Source: Candidatus Methylomirabilota bacterium | Lineage (GTDB): Bacteria; Methylomirabilota; Methylomirabilia; Methylomirabilales; 2-02-FULL-66-22 | Direction: 5' to 3' | Length of the DNA: 43,879 nt | NCBI GenBank assembly: GCA_016208645.1 | Contig: JACQXP010000106.1 | Span: 1-43,879 of the forward strand | Part shown: piece after piece, positions 27,080 through 36,670 of the stretch | How positions within the stretch are numbered: the stretch's first letter is position 1 | Layout: each line of letters starts with the position of its first letter | Program-made: the position numbers and the translations under genes | The notes under the pieces: model-generated | Databases searched by the model: none | What the model saw: only the letters and a program-made list of their open reading frames with translations | What the model was told of the DNA's origin: nothing

Positions 27080-27170
27080 GACAATGCGAAATGCGGAGTG
27101 CGGAGTGCGGAATGGGCTGTCGCGGGTCGGCGTGAGGATTCCGCATTCCGCATTCGCCATTCCGCATTCT
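27080..27170. repeat. 7-nt-period array, about 13 units, inverted layout (CGGAATG ... GCATTCC)
   Basis: Reads gacaatg cgaaatg cggagtg cggagtg cggaatg ggctgtc gcgggtc ggcgtga ggattcc gcattcc gcattcg ccattcc gcattct. It starts 1 nt after the msrP stop. Confidence 0.9.
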
Positions 27171-27196
27171 CTCTCGGCGTCCCTGCCTGATTCCCT

Positions 27197-27835
27197 ATGA
27201 GCCGCCGCGCCCGCATCCTGCTCAAGAGTGTGGTGTGGATCCTCTGCCTGCTCCCGCTGGTCGTCCTTGGCTATCGCGCCGCCACCGGGGACCTGGGCGC
27301 GAACCCCATCAGTTTCGTCACCAACTGGCTCGGCCAGTGGACGTTCCGGCTGCTCCTCCTCACCGTGGCCCTGACGCCCATCCGCGTGCTGTTCGGGATC
27401 TCCTGGCCGATCAGCCTGCGCCGCCTGCTGGGCCTGTTCGCCTTCTCCTACGCGTGCCTGCACTTCAGCATCTGGATCCTGGTGGATCACTTCTTCAACT
27501 GGGACCAGATGATCGCCGACATCGTGAAGCGACGGTACATCACCGTCGGCATGTTGGCCCTGACCCTCCTGGTGCCGCTCGCCGTCACGTCCACGAACGC
27601 CATGGTGCGACGCCTGGGGGGGGCCGCCTGGCGGCGCCTGCACCGGCTGGTCTACGTCGTGGGCGTGCTGGCGGCGCTGCACTTCCTGTGGCTGGCCAAG
27701 AAGGGCCGGATTGACCCGTACGTCTATGCCGCGATCCTGAGCCTCCTCCTGGGCATCCGCCTCTGGGACGCCGTCCGGCGCGCCCTGCGGAAGCGCCGGC
27801 ACGAGCAGGCCGCGAAGGAACCTGCCCTGGCGTAG
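27197..27835 (+). CDS. msrQ: protein-methionine-sulfoxide reductase heme-binding subunit MsrQ (YedZ)
   Basis: About 6 TM helices of the ferric-reductase-like domain, conserved His in hydrophobic segments (CLHFSIW, LHRLVYV, ALHFLW), directly downstream of msrP. Confidence 0.88.
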   Translation: MSRRARILLKSVVWILCLLPLVVLGYRAATGDLGANPISFVTNWLGQWTFRLLLLTVALTPIRVLFGISWPISLRRLLGLFAFSYACLHFSIWILVDHFFNWDQMIADIVKRRYITVGMLALTLLVPLAVTSTNAMVRRLGGAAWRRLHRLVYVVGVLAALHFLWLAKKGRIDPYVYAAILSLLLGIRLWDAVRRALRKRRHEQAAKEPALA

Positions 27836-28188
27836 CCATCGGCCCACAGTTCTGCCAAAGAGAGGGACGTAGCAGACTTATCAGACTTGTGTCAATGGGC
27901 TTGGAGGAGGGAGGATGCGTCGAGAGGCACGTTCTTGTCGGTTCAAAGCTCCAGGACGATCCGCACGCGCCGTTCGAGCTCGCTTAGGAGCACGACGGGA
28001 AGGACACCGATCTCTCGCTTGAACGATTCGTTGCTCTGCTCGCTCAAACGTGGTAGGTTCGCCCACCAACGGCGTCCGGGAGAATGCCTCGATTCAATGG
28101 GTGCCCGCCTGGCGGGGACGGGGACCACTTCTGGACAGGCGGTTTTGGACGGTCCGGGGTACGGAAGGGCCCTTCTGGGAGGAGCGCG

Positions 28189-29859
28189 ATGCGCAGCGAC
28201 ACGATCAAGCGGGGGTACGAGCGGGCGGGGCACCGGAGCCTGCTCCGCGCGGTGGGGCTCAGCGAGTCCGACTTCAACAAGCCGTTCATCGGCGTGGCCA
28301 ACTCGTACGTGGACATCATCCCGGGCCACGTGCACCTGCAGGAGATAGGGAAGGTCGTCAAGGAGGCCGTCCGCGAGGCGGGGGGCGTCCCCTTCGAGTT
28401 CAACACCATCGGCGTGGACGATGGCATCGCCATGGGGCACGGGGGGATGCGCTACTCGCTGCCCAGCCGGGAGCTGATCGCCGATGCCGTGGAGACCATG
28501 GCGCTGGCCCATTGCCTCGACGGCCTGGTCCTCATCGCCAACTGCGACAAGATCGTGCCCGGGATGCTGATGGCCGCCATGCGGCTCAACATCCCCTGCA
28601 TCTACGTGAGCGGCGGGCCCATGGCCGCCGGCAAGCTCTCCGATGGCCGGGTGATCGACCTGGCCACGGTGTTCGAGGGGGTGGGGGCCTTCTCGGCCGG
28701 CAAGATTGACGAGGCGGCCCTGCTGGAGCTGGAGCGGAAGGGCTGCCCCACCTGCGGCTCCTGCTCCGGCATGTTCACGGCCAACTCCATGAACTGCCTG
28801 GCGGAGGCGCTGGGGATGGCGCTGCCGGGGAACGGGACCGTCCTGGCGGTGGATCCGAAGCGGAAGGATCTGTACCGGACCGCCGGCCGACAGATCCTGA
28901 AGCTCGTGGAGACGGACCTGAAGCCGCGCGACATCGTGAACCGCGAGAGCGTGGACAACGCCTTCTGCCTGGATATGGCCATGGGCGGCTCCACCAACAC
29001 GGTGCTCCACACGCTGGCCATCGCCCACGAGGCGGGGGTGACCTATTCCCTCGACCGGATCAACCAGCTTTCCGATCGCGTCCCTTACCTCTGCAAGGTG
29101 AGCCCGGCCGGGCATCACCGCGTGGAGGACGTGGACCGGGCCGGCGGGATCAGCGCCATCCTGAAGCGGCTGGCGGACAAGGGAGACGTCCTGAGGCTTG
29201 GCCGCCCGACCGTGACCGGCAAGACGCTGGGCGAGAACATCCGGGAGGCGGCGGTGCGGGACCCGGACGTCATCCGGCCGCTGGAGAATCCATACCGGAA
29301 GACGGGCGGGCTGGCGGTGCTGTTCGGCAACCTGGCGCCCGAGGGTGCCGTGGTCAAGGCGGGGGCGGTGGCCCCCGAGATGCTGCGGCACGAGGGGCCG
29401 GCCGTGATCTTCGAGTCGCAGGACGACGCGCTGGCCGGGATCCTGGCCGGCCAGGTGAAGCCCGGCGACGTCGTCGTGATCCGGTACGAGGGTCCCCGGG
29501 GCGGGCCGGGCATGCAGGAGATGCTCTCGCCCACCTCGGCCATCGTCGGGCGTGGGCTGGGCAAGGCCGTCTCGCTCATCACCGACGGCCGGTTCTCGGG
29601 CGCGACCCACGGCTCCTGCATCGGCCACGTCTCCCCCGAGGCGGCGGCCGGCGGCCCCATCGCCCTCCTGCGACCGAGCGACCGGATCCGCATCGACATC
29701 GAGAAGCGGCTCCTGGAGGTGGATCTCTCGGAAGCAGAACTGACGGCACGGCGCGCGGCCTGGAAGGCGCCCGACCCTCGGGTCAAGACGGGCTGGCTGT
29801 ATCGCTACTCCAGGATGGTCACCTCGGGTAGCCAAGGGGCGATCCTCAAGGTCGAATAA
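28189..29859 (+). CDS. ilvD: dihydroxy-acid dehydratase IlvD
   Basis: [52 protein letters not shown] 28189 follows GGGAGGAG. The ORF-track start at 28084 is rejected. Confidence 0.96.
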   Translation: MRSDTIKRGYERAGHRSLLRAVGLSESDFNKPFIGVANSYVDIIPGHVHLQEIGKVVKEAVREAGGVPFEFNTIGVDDGIAMGHGGMRYSLPSRELIADAVETMALAHCLDGLVLIANCDKIVPGMLMAAMRLNIPCIYVSGGPMAAGKLSDGRVIDLATVFEGVGAFSAGKIDEAALLELERKGCPTCGSCSGMFTANSMNCLAEALGMALPGNGTVLAVDPKRKDLYRTAGRQILKLVETDLKPRDIVNRESVDNAFCLDMAMGGSTNTVLHTLAIAHEAGVTYSLDRINQLSDRVPYLCKVSPAGHHRVEDVDRAGGISAILKRLADKGDVLRLGRPTVTGKTLGENIREAAVRDPDVIRPLENPYRKTGGLAVLFGNLAPEGAVVKAGAVAPEMLRHEGPAVIFESQDDALAGILAGQVKPGDVVVIRYEGPRGGPGMQEMLSPTSAIVGRGLGKAVSLITDGRFSGATHGSCIGHVSPEAAAGGPIALLRPSDRIRIDIEKRLLEVDLSEAELTARRAAWKAPDPRVKTGWLYRYSRMVTSGSQGAILKVE

Positions 29860-29886
29860 CGCCTCGAAATGCACGCATCGTAGTGT

Positions 29887-29926
29887 GGGGGCGAGCCCGA
29901 CATTCGGGTTCGCCCCCGCTATTTTT
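29887..29926 (+). terminator. intrinsic terminator after ilvD
   Basis: 13-bp stem GGGGGCGAGCCCG / CGGGTTCGCCCCC (one G-U pair), 5-nt loop ACATT, then GCTATTTTT. Confidence 0.7.
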
Positions 29927-30034
29927 GCGGGGGGCAAGTCCGGCTTGCTTTCCGCACCCCACCTGTGGCAGGGTACGCGGGACCTTGGGGTGATCCCGGG
30001 GGCGCCCGCTGCCCCATCCTGATCAGGAGAACCC

Positions 30035-31270
30035 ATGCAGCGCTCGGTGGACGTGGCAGTGCCCCTGGGCGCGGGTGAGCGGACCGATCGGGCGTATATC
30101 GCGCGCCTGGTGGCCCTCTTCTGCGCCGGGTGGGCGGTGGTCTATGCCGACCGGACGGTCCTGTACCCTCTTCTCTCGGTGATCGCCAGGGAGTTCGGGC
30201 TCAGCGGGGTCCAGACCGGGCTCATCACCGGGGCCTACTTCACCCTGTACGTCTCGGCCCAGCTCGCCTCCGGCCTCCTGGCCGAGCGGTTCGGCCTGAA
30301 GCGGATGCTTGTCCTCTTCTCCCTGCTGTCGGCCGTGGGGGTCGCGGGGTTCGGCGTCGCGGCGGTGAACTACCTGGCCCTCCTGGCGGTGGCGGGGCTC
30401 CACGGCGCGGGGGCAGGGGCGTACTACACGATGGCCTACAGCATCACCATCCACACCGTGCCGAATTCCCTGCGCGGGATCGCCTCGGGCGTGGTCAACG
30501 GCGGAATGTCCCTGGGGCTGGCAGCCGGCTTGGCGCTGGCCGGACCGTTCTATCAGGCGACGGGGAGCTGGCGGGCCCCGTTCCTGATCCTGGCGGTCCC
30601 CACGTTCCTGGTGGCCGCGCTGTACCAGGGAACGATCCGAGAGGTGCGGTTGTCCGCGCGACGCTCGGTCCCCCTGATGACGATGCTCCGCGATCCCACG
30701 CTCCTCCGCATGAACCTGGCGGGCTTCTGCGTCCTGTACGGGTGGTGGGTCCTGCTGTCGTGGGGGCCGGTCTTCTTCCAGACGGAGCGGGGGGTCAGCC
30801 TGACGATGTCGGGCATGTACACCCTGGTGATCGCCATCACCGCCATTCCCTCGGGCTTGGTCCTGGGGCGCCTGTCCGACCGCGTCGGTCGCAAGCGCAT
30901 CATCCTGGGGCTGTTCCCCTTGATGGCACTGACCCTGGTTGCCGTGGCCCAGGTGCATTCGCGGAACGGGATGCTGCTGGCGCTCATGGCGTATGGCCTG
31001 GTGGGAAAGCTCGCCTGGGACCCCGTGGGCATCGCCTGGCTGGGGGATTACATGTCGCGGACTCGGCCGGAAGCCGTGGGGGCGGCAGTGGCCCTGTTCT
31101 CTTTCACCAGCGTGTTGTCGGCGGTCGTCGGGCCGCCCCTGACCGGATGGATCAAGGACCTCACCGGATCGCTGGCCGGTGGGTTCTACCTGGCGGCCGC
31201 GGTGGCCCTGGTCGGGTTCTTCCTGTCCCTCGGTCCGGCGGACAGCGGCCGCTGGGGGACGAACCCGTGA
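30035..31270 (+). CDS. MFS transporter
   Basis: About 12 predicted TM helices. MFS-like loop GLLAERFGLKRML between TM2 and TM3, and a second-half RLSDRVGRKR. Confidence 0.85.
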   Translation: MQRSVDVAVPLGAGERTDRAYIARLVALFCAGWAVVYADRTVLYPLLSVIAREFGLSGVQTGLITGAYFTLYVSAQLASGLLAERFGLKRMLVLFSLLSAVGVAGFGVAAVNYLALLAVAGLHGAGAGAYYTMAYSITIHTVPNSLRGIASGVVNGGMSLGLAAGLALAGPFYQATGSWRAPFLILAVPTFLVAALYQGTIREVRLSARRSVPLMTMLRDPTLLRMNLAGFCVLYGWWVLLSWGPVFFQTERGVSLTMSGMYTLVIAITAIPSGLVLGRLSDRVGRKRIILGLFPLMALTLVAVAQVHSRNGMLLALMAYGLVGKLAWDPVGIAWLGDYMSRTRPEAVGAAVALFSFTSVLSAVVGPPLTGWIKDLTGSLAGGFYLAAAVALVGFFLSLGPADSGRWGTNP

Positions 31271-31314
31271 GGATCCCGAGTCGTCATGCGGAGCGGGCAG
31301 ACGGAATCGGCGAC

Positions 31315-32658
31315 ATGATTGCGTGCCGCAGGAGGGCGGGCGCCGCCTGCCTCTGTGCCCTGATCCTGGCCGCCCTGCTCCCGGCAGGCCAGGTCCGGGC
31401 CGAGACGCCGCGGCCTCCGGGGATCCGGATCCTCGTGGTCAAGACCGAGGCCGAGGCGCGCGACGCCATTGCGGCCTACACGGCCGGAACCCCCTTCGAC
31501 CGGCTCGTCCGCGAACGCTCCATCGGCCCGGAGCGGGAGCGGGGCGGATACCTCGGCCGGCTGAACCCGGCCAGCCTGGCGCCGGCGGCCCGAGCGCTTG
31601 TGAGCAAGACGCCGCGGGGACGCCTGACCCCGCTCTTCCGCACCGAGAACGGGTTCGCCGTGATCCAGGTGGTCACGGCCCAGGAAGAGCAGGAGCTGGA
31701 GGCGCGGGCTCGGGCGGAGCCCGAGGCGCGCGAGCTGCTCCAGCGGGGGACCCAGCTCGCGCAGGCGGGGGATCTCGAGGGGGCCCAGCCCCTCCTCCGG
31801 CGGGCCCTCGAATTGAACCCCGACCTGGAGGACGCGCACTTCAACCTGGCCATGATCTACCGGAAGCAGGGGAACCTTGAGGCGGCCATTGCGGCGATGC
31901 GGCAGGTGACCCAGCTCCATCCCGACGACTTCGAGGCGCAGATGCGCCTGGGCGCCTGGTTGTTCGAGCGACGCCGGTACCCGGAGGCCTCCGAGGCATA
32001 CGAGCGGGCGGCGACGCTTCAGATGGGGTCGCGGGACGCGTGGCTGAAACTGGCGCAGGCCTACGAGGCTGCCGGCAAGGCCAGGGCCGCGGTGGGGGCC
32101 TACCGGCAGGCCATCACGCTCCAGGCGGGGAATGACCCGGCCCTGTATGAGGCATGGCTCCGGGCGGCCATGCAGGCGAAGGATGGCCCGGCAGCGGTTG
32201 CGGCGGCGCGGAAATTTCAGGCGCTCCGACCCGGCCACGAGGGGTTCCTGGCGCTGGGCGAGGCCCTCCTGCTGAACAGTGAGGCCGAGGCGGCGGTCCA
32301 GGAATACCAGAAGGCCGTGGCCCTGTCACCCTCGTCCGCAGCGGCCCATGCCGGGCTGGGCGCGGCCTCCCTGCGGGTGGGCCAGGCCGAGCCTGCGGCG
32401 GAGCACTTCCTGCGGGCGGTCCAGCTGGAGCCCCAGAACCCGGCCCACTACCGGACCCTGGCCCGCCTGTACGAGGGGCAGGGGCGCCTCGATCTCGCCG
32501 TCGTGGCCTTGCGGGACGGGGTGAGCGCGGCCGCCCTGTCGTCGCCGAAGCTGCAGGCCGAGGTGGCCGAGGAACTCGCCGCCCTCTATGAACGCGCCGG
32601 CATGGGCCGCGAGGCCGCGCTGGAGCGACTCCGGGTACAATCTCTCCGCAGCCCCTGA
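31315..32658 (+). CDS. secreted parvulin-like PPIase domain / TPR-repeat protein
   Basis: Signal peptide MIACRRRAGAACLCALILAALLPAGQVRA. PpiC-like segment (IRILVVKTEAEA...GGYLGRL...ENGFAVIQVV) followed by multiple TPR-like repeats. GTG 31267 is an alternative start. Confidence 0.75.
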   Translation: MIACRRRAGAACLCALILAALLPAGQVRAETPRPPGIRILVVKTEAEARDAIAAYTAGTPFDRLVRERSIGPERERGGYLGRLNPASLAPAARALVSKTPRGRLTPLFRTENGFAVIQVVTAQEEQELEARARAEPEARELLQRGTQLAQAGDLEGAQPLLRRALELNPDLEDAHFNLAMIYRKQGNLEAAIAAMRQVTQLHPDDFEAQMRLGAWLFERRRYPEASEAYERAATLQMGSRDAWLKLAQAYEAAGKARAAVGAYRQAITLQAGNDPALYEAWLRAAMQAKDGPAAVAAARKFQALRPGHEGFLALGEALLLNSEAEAAVQEYQKAVALSPSSAAAHAGLGAASLRVGQAEPAAEHFLRAVQLEPQNPAHYRTLARLYEGQGRLDLAVVALRDGVSAAALSSPKLQAEVAEELAALYERAGMGREAALERLRVQSLRSP

Positions 32659-32712
32659 TATCCGTCCGCTCGCTCGCAGGAGTCCGTGACTCCCCTTTCG
32701 GAGAATTTCCGC

Positions 32713-32742
32713 TTGACAGAGGAAGGGGGTCACGGGTAGACA
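32713..32742 (+). promoter_or_regulatory. candidate promoter of the gntR-headed operon (TTGACA-N18-TAGACA)
   Basis: CGCTTGACAGAG...GGTAGACA. The same core recurs at 41023-41055. It is flanked and overlapped by the inverted repeat GTGACTCCCCTTTC (32686-32699) / GAAGGGGGTCAC (32722-32733). Confidence 0.45.
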
Positions 32743-32771
32743 GTATGCTGTATACACCGATTGGAGGTCGC

Positions 32772-33500
32772 GTGGCCCAGCCCGCCCCCGTCCTGCCCCT
32801 GGAGAACCACCAGTCGCTGCGCGAGCGGATCGTCAACCGCCTGCGCCAGGCGATCATCGCGGGGGACCTCCCCCCCAAGACCCGCCTCATGGAACCGGAA
32901 CTCGCCAGGCGACTGGGCGTCAGCCGCACCCCCCTGCGCGAGGCGATCCGCCACCTGGAGGCGGAAGGCCTGCTGGCCGCCGTCCCCCGCGTGGGCACCT
33001 TCGTCACCGAGGTAAGCCCCCGGGACGTGGAGGATACCTACGCCATCCGCGGGGTCCTGGAGGGGCTGGCGGCGCGACAGGCGGCCGAGAATCCCGACCC
33101 CGCCAAGGCCGAGCGGCTCCGGGCCATCCTGGCCGAGTTGGCGCGGAAGACGTCCGACTACCGCTTGTACCACGCGGCGGCCGGGCGGTTCCACGAGGCG
33201 ATCTTTCTCCTCTCGGGGAACCAGCGCCTCCAGGCCATGTACCACTCCCTGACCCATCAGGTCGCCCGGTTCCGCACCCTCTCCCTGGCCGTGCCCCAGC
33301 GCCCGAAGGTGTCCTTCCGGGAGCACCGGCGGATCGCCGAGGCCATCCTGCGCGGTCGGGGGGCGGAGGCGGAGCGACTGATGCGAGCCCATATCGAAGG
33401 CGCGCGGGCAGTCCTCAGGAAGCGCATCACCCCCCAAGAAGGCGGGCTGCGGCCCAGGAGTAGACCCAGGGGGAAATCCACAGCGAGGAAACGAGGATGA
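32772..33500 (+). CDS. GntR-family (FadR/FCD subfamily) transcriptional regulator
   Basis: Winged HTH LMEPELARRLGVSRTPLREAIRHLEAEGLL plus a C-terminal FCD-like helical domain. GTG 32772 has GGAGG 5 nt upstream. ATG 32745 (ORF track) is the alternative. Confidence 0.88.
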   Translation: MAQPAPVLPLENHQSLRERIVNRLRQAIIAGDLPPKTRLMEPELARRLGVSRTPLREAIRHLEAEGLLAAVPRVGTFVTEVSPRDVEDTYAIRGVLEGLAARQAAENPDPAKAERLRAILAELARKTSDYRLYHAAAGRFHEAIFLLSGNQRLQAMYHSLTHQVARFRTLSLAVPQRPKVSFREHRRIAEAILRGRGAEAERLMRAHIEGARAVLRKRITPQEGGLRPRSRPRGKSTARKRG

Positions 33501-34912
33501 GCTCAACACGAGTCGACGCGGACCCCGGATCACTCACTGCCTACGTCGCCGAATTCATCGCCTCCACGCAGTACGCGGATCTCCCGAAGAATGTCGTGCA
33601 GCTTGGAAAGAAGTCCATCCTCGACGGGCTGGGGCTGGCCCTGGCTGGCTCCGTGGCGAAGAGCGGAGAACTTGTCCGTCGACACCTGCAGGGCCTCGGG
33701 AGCGCCAGCGCCGTGGCCAGCGTCATCGGAGCCAGCCTGCGGGTGCCGGCCCGCTTCGCGGCCTTCGCCAACGGCACCGCCATCCATGCGGACGATTATG
33801 ACGACACCCAGTTGGCCGTGGCCAAGGACCGGGTCTACGGCCTGCTCACCCATCCCACGGCCCCGGCCCTGCCGGCGGTGCTGGCGGTGGCAGAGCGAGA
33901 CGGCCGCTCGGGCAAGGACCTGCTGACCGCGTATCACGTCGGCGTAGAAGTGGAGTGCAAGATCGCTGAAGCGATTCACCCGCGGCACTACCAGCACGGG
34001 TTCCACTCCACGGCGACCTGCGGGACGTTCGGCGCGGCGGCCGGGCTGGCCAACCTGTGCGGACTGCCCGCCGAGGTCGCCTGCGTTGCCCTGGGGATCG
34101 CCGGCAGCCTGTCGGCCGGACTCCGGGAGAACTTCGGGACGATGACGAAGCCCCTGCATGCGGGCCGCGCCGCGGAGAGCGGCGTCATCGCGGCGGAGTT
34201 CGCCGCCCTGGGCTTCACGGCGACCCCCACGATCCTGGAGGCGCCCCGGGGGTTCTTCCGGGCCGCGGGCGGGGGCCACGACGAGGGGGCCATTCGAGGG
34301 AGGTTGGGGAACCCCTGGACCTTCGCGAATCCGGGGGTGTCCATCAAGCCGCATCCTTCCGGGTCGCTGACCCACCCCGGCATGACCCTCATGCTCTCGC
34401 TCATCACGCAACATGAGATTCGACCCAACCAAGTTGAGCGCGTGAGGGTCGGCACCAACCAGAACATGCCCAATGCCCTCATCCATCACCGGCCCAGGAC
34501 GGAACTCCAGGCGAAGTTCAGCATGGAGTTCTGCATGGCCATCCTGCTCCTGGAGCAGAAGGCCGGACTGCCCGAGTTCACCGATGAAGTCGTCAACCGG
34601 CCGGACGTGCAGGCGATGATCCAGAAGGTGGACTTCGGCGTCCATCCCGACGCCGAGGCCGCCGGCTATGACAAGATGACGACGATCATCGAGATCACGC
34701 TCACGGGCGGGCGAACGATTTCCGGTCGCGCCGATTTCGGCAAGGGCAGCCCGGCGAATCCGATGAGCTACGAGGAGGTGGCGGACAAGTTCCGGGGGTG
34801 TGCCGCCTTCAGCCGGTGGCCGTCGGACAAGACAGAACGGGTCATCAACTTGGTCAAGCGGCTGGAGGACCTTCCTGACGTGCGGGAGCTGACCGCGCTG
34901 CTCTCGCGCTAG
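33497..34912 (+). CDS. MmgE/PrpD-family protein (2-methylcitrate-dehydratase-like fold, substrate unknown)
   Basis: About 470 aa. N-terminal ...YVAEFIASTQYADLPKNVVQLGKKSILDGLGLALAGS and HPSGSLTHPGM are typical of the family. The ATG overlaps the gntR stop (ATGA). Confidence 0.88.
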   Translation: MSSTRVDADPGSLTAYVAEFIASTQYADLPKNVVQLGKKSILDGLGLALAGSVAKSGELVRRHLQGLGSASAVASVIGASLRVPARFAAFANGTAIHADDYDDTQLAVAKDRVYGLLTHPTAPALPAVLAVAERDGRSGKDLLTAYHVGVEVECKIAEAIHPRHYQHGFHSTATCGTFGAAAGLANLCGLPAEVACVALGIAGSLSAGLRENFGTMTKPLHAGRAAESGVIAAEFAALGFTATPTILEAPRGFFRAAGGGHDEGAIRGRLGNPWTFANPGVSIKPHPSGSLTHPGMTLMLSLITQHEIRPNQVERVRVGTNQNMPNALIHHRPRTELQAKFSMEFCMAILLLEQKAGLPEFTDEVVNRPDVQAMIQKVDFGVHPDAEAAGYDKMTTIIEITLTGGRTISGRADFGKGSPANPMSYEEVADKFRGCAAFSRWPSDKTERVINLVKRLEDLPDVRELTALLSR

Positions 34913-35032
34913 GCGACCGCCCCAGGCTCGGCAGTGTGGCGAAGGCGGATTGGTTTCCTGCTTTCATCCGAGGATGAGGGGCCCGGAAGGGCTCGTGTCG
35001 AGTCCTTCAGGGGCTCCGGGAGGAGGTGCCCG

Positions 35033-36007
35033 ATGAGAACGCATTGGAGGCTGAGTGTTGCGATCCTGATCGCGGTGGGCCTGACCATGGGCCTGGGGAA
35101 CGTGGGCGAAGCCGCGAAGTTCCCGGAGAAGCCGATTACCCTGGTGGTCCACGCCTCGGCGGGTGGGGGCAGTGACATCTTCGCCCGAACGCTGGCAGCC
35201 GCCTTCGAGAAGGAGAAACTGGTCCCCCAGCCGATCGTCGTGGAGAACAAGCCGGGCGGCAGCGGCGCCATCGCCTTTGCCTACGTCGGGGGCAAGAAGA
35301 AAGACCCCTACTACCTCCTCACGGCCGTGACCAGCTTCCTGACCACGCCCATCCTCAGGAAGTCACAAGTCACCTACAAGGATTTCACCCCGATCGCCAA
35401 TTTCGCCTTTGACGAGTACGTGGTGATCGTCCGGGCCGAGTCGAAGTACAAGTCCATGAAGGACATCGTGAGCGACGCCAAGGCCAATCCCAAGAGGATC
35501 ACCGTGGGGGGGACCCAACTGGGCTCGTCCGACTCGATCTGCGCGTACCTCATCGAGAAGGCGGCGGGGGTCCAGTTGAACTACATCGTGTTCAACAGCG
35601 GCGGGGAGGTCAATGCGGCCCTCATGGGCGGGCACATTGACATCGCCGTTGCCAACCCGGGCGAAGCCCTGGAGCTGGCGAAAGCGAACAAGGTGCGGAC
35701 GCTCGGCGTCTTTTCGGAGAAGCGACTCGCCGGGGCCCCCGATGTCCCCACCCTGAAGGAGCAAGGGCTCAACGCCGTCTACGTGCAGAATCGGGGACTC
35801 GTGGCTCCGGCCGAGATCCCCGAGGAGGCGCGCAAGGTGCTGGAGGAGGCGCTCCTGAAATACACGAAGACCGACGTCTTCAAGAAATACGTCAAGGAGA
35901 ACATGCTCTCCGAGGCCTGGATGGACGGCTCGACCTTTGGCAAGTGGCTGGACGGGGAACATGCCCGGTATCAGGAAGTGCTCAAGGCGATGGGCCTGTT
36001 GAAATAG
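35033..36007 (+). CDS. tctC: tripartite tricarboxylate transporter substrate-binding protein (TctC/Bug family)
   Basis: Signal peptide, then FPEKPITLVVHASAGGGSDIFAR...ENKPGGSGAIA, a Bug-family signature. ATG 35033 follows GGGAGGAGG. Confidence 0.9.
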   Translation: MRTHWRLSVAILIAVGLTMGLGNVGEAAKFPEKPITLVVHASAGGGSDIFARTLAAAFEKEKLVPQPIVVENKPGGSGAIAFAYVGGKKKDPYYLLTAVTSFLTTPILRKSQVTYKDFTPIANFAFDEYVVIVRAESKYKSMKDIVSDAKANPKRITVGGTQLGSSDSICAYLIEKAAGVQLNYIVFNSGGEVNAALMGGHIDIAVANPGEALELAKANKVRTLGVFSEKRLAGAPDVPTLKEQGLNAVYVQNRGLVAPAEIPEEARKVLEEALLKYTKTDVFKKYVKENMLSEAWMDGSTFGKWLDGEHARYQEVLKAMGLLK

Positions 36008-36100
36008 CCACGAGGCCAAACCGGGCGGAGCGCGCGACGGCTGCTCCGCCCGGCCCGCTGTGCGCTTCGGCCTCCCCGTAGAGGAAAGGCAGGTCCGGCG

Positions 36101-36559
36101 ATGCGACGGGCCGACCAGGTCACCGGCATCATCGTCTTGGTGTTCTCGCTCACCCTCATGGAAGGGTCCCGACGCCTGCCCCCCAGCGCCACATTCGGGC
36201 CGGGGGCCGGGTTCCTGCCCTTCTGGCTCGGGGCGCTCATGGCCGTTCTTTCCGCCCTGCTGCTGGTCAAGGCCTGCCTCCAGCCGGTGGCTTCGGCGGA
36301 CACGGCCCTCTTTCCGAATCGCCGGGTGCTGATTCCGGTGGGGGCAACCATCGGGAGCCTGGCCGCCTATATTCTCGTGCTGGACCGGCTTGGCTTCCTG
36401 CTCGGCACGGGGCTCCTCACCGCGTTCCTGCTCGGCGTCGTGGAGCGCGAACGGTGGTTCACGACCGTACTGGTGGCCGTGCTGAATGCCGTTGGGCTGT
36501 ATGTCGTGTTCCACCTGTTGTTGGGCGTGAGCCTTCCGAAGAGTGTCCTTGGTTTTTAG
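36101..36559 (+). CDS. tctB: tripartite tricarboxylate transporter small membrane subunit TctB
   Basis: 152 aa with 4 TM helices, located between tctC and tctA. Confidence 0.8.
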   Translation: MRRADQVTGIIVLVFSLTLMEGSRRLPPSATFGPGAGFLPFWLGALMAVLSALLLVKACLQPVASADTALFPNRRVLIPVGATIGSLAAYILVLDRLGFLLGTGLLTAFLLGVVERERWFTTVLVAVLNAVGLYVVFHLLLGVSLPKSVLGF

Positions 36560-36670
36560 GGCAGCCATGCGCCTTTCGCGGGCTTCCGTTTCGCACGCGA
36601 TCGCAGGCTGACGATACTGCACCGCAGCTCCATCGGTAAATTCGCCGCGCTGCGGGTGGGAAGAAATCCG

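Noticed and set aside
27943-28060. Minus-strand tail ...NESFKREIGVLPVVLLSELERRV... as a transposase (IS3-like ESF motif) remnant
   Set aside because: The resemblance is only a few residues, and there are no inverted repeats or further transposase motifs. It cannot be supported without a database search.
30130-32658. 842-aa ORF spanning the MFS gene region and the PPIase-TPR gene
   Set aside because: The first ~395 codons overlap the MFS transporter out of frame and look like noise. The real protein starts with a signal peptide at ATG 31315, or possibly GTG 31267.
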